DNA from: Verrucomicrobiota bacterium
GTDB taxonomy: Bacteria; Verrucomicrobiota; Verrucomicrobiia; Limisphaerales; J093
Direction: 5' to 3'
Length of the DNA stretch: 64,000 nucleotides
NCBI GenBank assembly: GCA_016871715.1
Contig: VHCO01000010.1
Span: forward strand, 194 to 64,193
Shown piece by piece: positions 58,496 through 64,000 of the stretch. Position 1 is the first letter of the stretch, and each line of letters opens with the position of its first letter. Below the pieces are notes generated by a model. The model was not told where the DNA came from and did no database searches. It was given only the letters and a program-made list of their open reading frames with translations. Made by a program: the position numbers and the translations under genes.

Positions 58496-60817
58496 GGGAT
58501 CGGACTGGCAGTTCAAGCCTGAAACAGCTCCCCTGCCCCGCTTCGCCCTCGACCCACACGCGTCCGCCGTGGGCAGCGACGATATGACGGACAATGCTTA
58601 GGCCAATCCCAACGCCTTGGGTCTCGCGGCGCAACTCCGAACCGCGCCGGTAAAACGGCTCGAAGATCCGAGCGCGATCGGCCACGGGAATACCGGGCCC
58701 GCGGTCCACAACGGATATGGTGAGGACCACGGGCAAGCCACTCGGGCCACCGCCTGGCGCCGGCTTCCCTTCTGTCCCTGAGGTCCCTTGCTGCCACTGC
58801 GGCCCTGATGGCGCAGCCGCGCCCGAGGCGGAGGGGGCAAGGGCGTCTGGCTGGGACCCTTGCAGCGATACCGTGACCGTTTGACCGGCGGGCGAGTGTT
58901 TGATGGCGTTATCGATGAGGTTGATGAGGGCTTGCTGGAGGGTCTTGCCGTCAAGGTCCGGCTGCAAGGTTGGGCCCGCCGGCAGCGGCGCATGCTCTCC
59001 GGCAGCGCCCAGGCCGGCCAACTGCAAGTCGAGCGTCACCTGGCGCGCGGCCGCGTAGGGTTCCATCAAGGAAACGGTCTGGCGCAGGAGCGCAGGCAGA
59101 TCGGTCGGCTCGAACTCGTACTCTTTTCGTCCCTGGTCGATGCGCGAGAAGTCCAGGGCGTTCTCGCGATCAGGGCGGCCAACCGGCGGCACTCCTGGAC
59201 GATGAGCCTGAAGTAGTCCTGCCGGCGTGCCTCGTCGGGGACCTTGCCTCGGTCGAGGCTCTCCGCCAGGAGTCGTACCGAAGCGATGGGAGCGCGCAGC
59301 TCATGGGACACGCTCGAGACGAAGTTGCTCTTGAGCTCGTTGAGGCGCAACTGCCGGTGGAACGCGCGGTAGGCGGCGGCCAACCCCACCAGCGCCACCC
59401 CCGCGGCAATGGCAATGAGCCCGCCGAACCACCGGGTGCGCGTGCGTTGGTTGGCGTACAGAGCGGCCGGATCGGCCAGATGCAGCGCCACCTCGAGTCC
59501 CGGTGGCAGGTCCAAGGCGGCGGCTTCGCGGGTCCATGCATTGACCGCCAGTAGCGGCGTTCCCGGCGGCGCTCCAATCAACGCGCGACCGGCTAACCGA
59601 ATGGCGACGGCCAAGTACGCGGGCATCCCCCGAAACTGCGACAGCGTGTCGGCGACGACTCGGCGCACTTCCAGTTCGCGTTTTCCTGCGAACCAGGGAC
59701 CGGTCATGGGGACGCGGTAGACGAGCCAAGCCTCGTCCAACTCGACCCAGACCGGCGGAGGAAGGTACGAGCCGGGCAACAGCTTGATCACCGCGTTGGC
59801 GCCGAGCTGATCCAGACTTGTCGAGGATCCGCGCGGCGTGGTCGGAGGCGCCGGGAGTTGCACGCGGGTTTCGGGTTGGCGCAGCCGTGGTCCCAATCTG
59901 GCGAAGAGGCGGCGTGCCAACTCGTGGCTCTGCCACAGGCTCAGCCAATACGCCGGCCCAGCCTGCGCCGCTGCCCGCGCCACGCCGCCCGTGATGGAAG
60001 TGCCGGCAAGGCGCGGCTCGAGCGGGTCGGCAGAGGCTGTCGAGTTCGGCTCGAGGGGCGCTGGCTCGAGCTGCCGGATCAGCGCCGGGGAGAGCGGCGT
60101 GGGCCGAAAGACCTGGTTCGAGCAAAACGCTCGGATCCAGGTCGCTCGCTGCATCGGATCCGCGGGGGTCGCCAACCGAAGCTGCAGGGCTTGCCAGGCG
60201 CCCAGTTGGGCGAACGGAAGGCCGCTGTCGCTGAGCACTTCGTCCCCGCCCCGGGCGAGCGCGTCAAAGAACTCGAACGCGGCCGCAGGTTGATGCTGGC
60301 GCGCGAGGGACAGGCCGATGCTGTAACGCGCTGCCGCGGCAAAGTGGCAGGGCAGCTCCGCGGCGAGGAACTGGCGGTAAAGGTCGGCGATGGCCGTGGG
60401 ATCTCCGGCGGTGAACTCGGCTACCCTCGCAGCGTTCCACAACTGCGCTTGTTCCTCGGTTAGCTCGCACGGGTCAAACGGCCGTGGCGTCGGCAGGGCC
60501 TCGCAGGCCGGCGGAAAGACCAGTTGACCTGCTGGGTCCAATTGGAAGTTCGGGTGATCGAACACCGGTGGCCAGAACGGATGCGCCCCGGGCACCGAGG
60601 CGGCCTGTGGAACGGTGCACACTGCTCGCAGGATGCGCTCAGCCAAATCGTCGGCCAGCGCTTGGGCGCGTTCGCGGGCCTCGTGTTCGGCCAGCACACG
60701 GTCTTGGCGCAGGGCGAGGACCCCCAACCAAGCCAAAGCCACCACGGGCAACAGCAAGAGCAAGCCTTGACCGATGAAGGTCGGCCTCCGACGCGAGAGT
60801 GACGCGGTAGGGCTCAT
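58488..60817 (-). CDS. Membrane sensor histidine kinase, frameshifted near 59165
   Basis: Two TM helices and H-box VSHELRAP in ORF 59066-60817. N, G1, F and G2 boxes (NLIDNAIKH, DRGPGI, IFEPF, GVGIGLS) in ORF 58488-59192. Removing 2 nt restores LIENALDFSR. Confidence 0.88.
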
Positions 60818-61032
60818 GCGCTAATGGCGCGGCGTTGTTGCTAACAGACTCTGGGGCGTAGACCGAGCGGATTTGTTATGGAAATGCAAATTGGGACTGG
60901 ATGCGGATGAGGGGCGGGTCGAGCAGATCCCTCGGTCGGCGGACGGTGCCACGAGGTCGGTGCGGACGGGCTCGGACCGGCTATTGACCCCTACCTGCTT
61001 TGTCCCGATAGTCCGGCCCGATTGTTGGCGCG

Positions 61033-62439
61033 ATGAACTTCGCCGAGTTGCGATTTTGGGGTTATCTGCTGCTGGGGCTGACGGTGATCGTCACGCTGCG
61101 GGCAGCGTGCCGGGCTCGGCTCGGGCCGGCCTTGCCCCAGTTTGACCGCGTGGCGTTGATTGGGCTGGGGATGTTGCTGTTGGCCTGCGTCAGTTGGCTG
61201 ACGTACGCGATCTGGCTCGGGGTGGCGCTGGGCTCTTATTATGGGCTCAAGTGGATTCTGGCCCATGACGCCCGCGCGCCGCGGAAGTATCTGTTCGTGC
61301 TCATCCCGCTGCTCCTGAGTCCGTTGCTCTATTACAAGTACTCCGATTTCGCGCTCAACGGCGTGCTCGGCTGCCAGTTCGATACCTTGCGCGGGCTGAT
61401 CATCCCGGTGGGCCTGTCGTTTTACACGTTCCAGAAGATCGCCTTCGTGCTCGACACGCTGGCGTACAAGGAACCGCTGCCCCGCCTGGTCGACTACTTG
61501 AACTTCGTCGGGTTCTTTCCGCAGATCGTGGCCGGGCCGATCGAGCGCAAGCACGATCTGCTGCCGCAGATGGAGCGGTTCACGTTCCGCTGGGACAAAG
61601 ACTGGATCGACAAAGGGACCTCGTGGGTGGTGGTGGGGCTATTCTTCAAGATGGTGCTGGCGGACAACCTCGCGCAGCGCATGCCGCCTTTCATGCAGTC
61701 CACCGCCAACCCCTACATGATTTGGCTGGCGAATGTGCTGTTCGGCCTGCGCATCTACTACGACTTCGCCGGGTACAGCCTGGTGGCCTACGGCGTGGCG
61801 CGTTGGTTCGGGGTGAAGCTCACGCTGAATTTCGTCAGCCCCTACTGCGCCACGAGCATCCAGGAGTTCTGGCGGCGCTGGCACGTGACCCTCAGCCATT
61901 GGTTCCGCGACTATGTGTATATCCCGCTGGGGGGCGGTCGGGTGGGATGGTGGGGCGCAAACCTGGCGGTGGTGTTTGTGGTTTCCGGGGTGTGGCACGG
62001 GGCGGGCTGGAACTTCGTGTTGTGGGGAGCGGTGCACGGGCTTTGCCTGATCGCGGTGCGTTGGGCAGGCAAGTGGAGCCCACCCGCCGCAGTCGGTTGG
62101 CTGGGTACGATGTTCGCGGCCTTTCTGGCTTGGTTGTGCTTTTACGAAACGCGCTGGCCCGTGCTCCTGCTCAAACTGCAAACCACGCTCACACCCACGG
62201 CGTACTCGATCGAGGCGCTGCAGTTGACGCTGGGCGCCTTGACCGGCGGCGAACTGATCGTCCTGGCGCTGCTGCTCGGGCTGACCGCCACCACCCTGGC
62301 CCTCGAGGCGTGGTCGGTGCGCCGAGCGGGGGAACCGTATGCGGCGTTGCGCCGGCCGTGGGCGATCGCCGGCATGACCGTTCTCTTGGTGCTCCTAGCA
62401 CCGGGCAAGACCAATGCCTTCATCTACTTCGCGTTCTAA
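61033..62439 (+). CDS. MBOAT family O-acyltransferase (AlgI/DltB-like)
   Basis: PVGLSFYTFQ, FFPQIVAGPIER, IYYDFAGYS, EFWRRWHVTLS, SGVWHGA, FIYFAF. Confidence 0.95.
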   Translation: MNFAELRFWGYLLLGLTVIVTLRAACRARLGPALPQFDRVALIGLGMLLLACVSWLTYAIWLGVALGSYYGLKWILAHDARAPRKYLFVLIPLLLSPLLYYKYSDFALNGVLGCQFDTLRGLIIPVGLSFYTFQKIAFVLDTLAYKEPLPRLVDYLNFVGFFPQIVAGPIERKHDLLPQMERFTFRWDKDWIDKGTSWVVVGLFFKMVLADNLAQRMPPFMQSTANPYMIWLANVLFGLRIYYDFAGYSLVAYGVARWFGVKLTLNFVSPYCATSIQEFWRRWHVTLSHWFRDYVYIPLGGGRVGWWGANLAVVFVVSGVWHGAGWNFVLWGAVHGLCLIAVRWAGKWSPPAAVGWLGTMFAAFLAWLCFYETRWPVLLLKLQTTLTPTAYSIEALQLTLGALTGGELIVLALLLGLTATTLALEAWSVRRAGEPYAALRRPWAIAGMTVLLVLLAPGKTNAFIYFAF

Positions 62440-63421
62440 GTCCAGATGGCCACACCGCGCGCTGGCGCTCCTGGCGTTGGCGGCGGTGTCGCTGGTCGCA
62501 GCCGCCTTCTACACGTTGCGGCTGAACCCCGAAGTGCGGTTTTATTGCTACGCCACGGGTGTGAAGCGGGCCTGGATCGCCTGTCTGGACGAGCAGTTCA
62601 CCAACAAGTTCATCCTGTGCGGCGGATCGAGCGCGGCGTTTGCGGTGGACGGCGAGTACTTGTTGGAGCGGCACCGGCTGCCCTTGGTCAATTTCGGTTT
62701 GCACGCGGGCATGGAGCCGCCGTTTCTGTTGGCCATCGCGGCGAAGGCGGCGCGGTCGAACGACACGCTGGTGCTGGCGCTCGAGCCGGGACTGTTGACT
62801 GCACCTTTCGGGTCGACCGACCTCGCGGCGCAGATGGGGATGGCGTTGGGCGAACCGGAGTTGATCCACGCCTCGAACCTGACGGGGGAACGCATCCATT
62901 GGGTGGAGAATCTGGTGAGCCTGCGGCCGGGGGCGTACCACGCGTTCACGTTGTTGGGCAAGCTGGCGCTGCGCCGGCCGCTGTACCGCTACGCGCCGGC
63001 GGATGTGCATCCCAGCGGCTGGCAACAGACCCGCGAACGCCGGGCGATCGTCGAACCGGCGCCCGTGGTGGGGCATCTGTCGCCCGACGGGCGCCAGTTG
63101 CTCGAGGCGGCTCGAGCTTGGGCGCAAGCGCATGGCGTGCGCTTGGTCTATTCGCTGCCTTGGTGTTACATCAGCCCCGAGCAGGCGCCGCGGCTCCGGG
63201 CCGCCAACGCCCAATTCCTGCGTGAAGTGGCAGCGACCGTGCCGGTGCTCAAAGAACCCGCCTTGGGCGCGTACAGCCAGCGCGAGCACTTCGCCGATAC
63301 CGAATGGCACCTGACACGGGCCGGAGCGGTCGCGCGCTCCGAGGCGCTCAGCGCACCCTTGCTGCAGGGGGCGACCTGGACCGACGCAGACCTCGCGACT
63401 GTGGCGGCGCGACCTTACTGA
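62414..63421 (+). CDS. MBOAT partner periplasmic protein (DltD/AlgJ-like SGNH-type acyl-transfer component)
   Basis: N-terminal TM, GGSS, NFGLHAG, FADTEWHL (DxxxH). Overlaps the MBOAT stop. Confidence 0.7.
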   Translation: MPSSTSRSKSRWPHRALALLALAAVSLVAAAFYTLRLNPEVRFYCYATGVKRAWIACLDEQFTNKFILCGGSSAAFAVDGEYLLERHRLPLVNFGLHAGMEPPFLLAIAAKAARSNDTLVLALEPGLLTAPFGSTDLAAQMGMALGEPELIHASNLTGERIHWVENLVSLRPGAYHAFTLLGKLALRRPLYRYAPADVHPSGWQQTRERRAIVEPAPVVGHLSPDGRQLLEAARAWAQAHGVRLVYSLPWCYISPEQAPRLRAANAQFLREVAATVPVLKEPALGAYSQREHFADTEWHLTRAGAVARSEALSAPLLQGATWTDADLATVAARPY

Positions 63422-63472
63422 CGAGTTACTGGGATGGCCTACCAGCGAATTGTCGCCTATCCCAAACTCTCA

Positions 63473-64000
63473 TCAGTGAGAGGCTCGCCGGCCATCGGTG
63501 GGCGCGTCCGCCCCCGGCGCCTCAACCTGCGAGGCTTGGCCCCCCTTGGCCTCGCGCAGCAGGTACCACAGAAAGAGGCTGTTGTAGATCAGGTAGCGCG
63601 TCAGCAACCGGCGCGGCTCGCTGGCGACGCGGAACGCCCAGCCCAGCCCAGCCCGCTGCATCCAGGCGGGGGCATCGGGCTTGGTGCCCGCGTTGACATC
63701 GAAGGCGTACCCGACACTCAACAACACGCCCTTCGCCAGACAAGACTTGTTCCGCCGGACCCATGCATCCTGCTTGGGAGTCCCCAGGCCAATCCAGATA
63801 AAGTCCGGCGCCAACGCACACAACTCGGCCAGCACCGCCTGCTGCTCGTCACCCGCCAGCCGGCCTGCGGCGTCGCAGGCACCGTGGAAGCCGCCGGCGA
63901 ATCGCGCCAGTGGATTCAAGGCCAAGAGATTCTGCCGCAAGCGCGCGCCGCATTCGGCCGAGCCACCCAACAAATAATGGCTGAACTCCGGCGTCGTGCG
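63473..64000 (-). CDS. WecB/TagA/CpsF family glycosyltransferase (5' end outside window)
   Basis: PDFIWIGLGTPKQD, VGYAFD, APAWMQRAGLGWAFR..EPRRL..RY. Confidence 0.92.
   Translation of the reverse strand, partial: RTTPEFSHYLLGGSAECGARLRQNLLALNPLARFAGGFHGACDAAGRLAGDEQQAVLAELCALAPDFIWIGLGTPKQDAWVRRNKSCLAKGVLLSVGYAFDVNAGTKPDAPAWMQRAGLGWAFRVASEPRRLLTRYLIYNSLFLWYLLREAKGGQASQVEAPGADAPTDGRRASH

Overview
High-GC bacterial DNA, most likely from the PVC superphylum (Verrucomicrobiota-like, inferred from gene styles and C-terminal domains). Bases 1-1340 are mobile-element debris: a probable Y1/RAYT-type transposase tail and a decayed DUF4338-ISAs1 transposase. Bases ~1440-25400 are one ~24 kb (~7,900 codon) giant secreted-protein gene, now broken by about six frameshifts, one amber codon and apparent internal deletions. 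It has an N-terminal LEPRxLL motif, lectin-decorated Ig/PPC repeats, CARDB/FN3/PKD domains, an inserted C13-like cysteine peptidase, a helical domain and a C-terminal dockerin-like motif. It abuts a cohesin-like secreted protein and is followed by an Asp-box/LamG protein. At 30382-30750 a small membrane protein ends C-P-T-TGA-I-K-TAA with a SECIS-like hairpin right after the TGA, directly upstream of a membrane 4Fe-4S protein. This is a strong candidate unannotated CxxU selenoprotein and the most interesting signal here. The rest is mostly metabolic and regulatory: sulfatase, GS-family ligase, aldehyde dehydrogenase, NagD-like HAD, SSS transporter, ApbE, GH172, CHAD, MoaD/ThiS, gcvH, gcvT, MBL hydrolase, carB, hisC, an ankyrin protein, a two-component system, an MBOAT pair and a WecB/TagA glycosyltransferase. 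Two GTAG-type REP families are scattered through it, and some copies lie in frame inside coding sequences. All calls come from reading motifs by eye; no searches were run.
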